A DNA stretch of 32,930 bases from Octopus bimaculoides (lineage: Eukaryota). Below, one piece after another: positions 32,891 to 32,930 of the stretch. Position 1 is the first letter of the stretch, and each line of letters begins with the position of its first letter. Below the pieces are notes generated by a model. That model had not been told where the DNA came from, ran no database searches, and worked only from the letters and a program-made list of their open reading frames with translations. A program made the translations under genes and the position numbers. The stretch is from assembly GCF_001194135.2 (NCBI RefSeq), contig NC_068985.1:58720511-58753440 (forward strand). The letters run 5' to 3'.

Positions 32891-32930
32891 TATTATTTTA
32901 TCCACTTAGATTTACGTGTTTACACATTTA

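Overview
AT-rich, gap-containing eukaryotic (metazoan) genomic DNA. The SINE, mariner and microsatellite content suggests a coleoid cephalopod, probably Octopus; this assignment is recalled, not verified. The only host coding sequence I can support is the first coding exon (6824-7429, +) of a D2-like dopamine receptor (long glycosylated N-terminus, TM1, TM2). It ends at a GTAAGT donor at the same codon position as the human DRD2 intron after E95, and no downstream exon is recognisable in the remaining ~25 kb. The rest is transposon debris: tRNA-derived SINEs, two RTE-clade LINE fragments, a decayed near-full-length L1/Tx1-like LINE, three mariner relics, a maT/DD37D-like relic, a MITE, a Helitron-like 3' end, a TTAGGG tract and mini/microsatellites. 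The most unusual signal lies in the first 2.5 kb. It contains a type I hammerhead ribozyme fold with an intact core (329-410, -) and a tRNA-Arg-headed SINE carrying its own hammerhead motif (2160-2455, -). A weaker third hammerhead candidate lies at ~1175-1265 (+). A foldback repeat module also brackets the L1/Tx1 element. All coordinates and alignments were done by eye.
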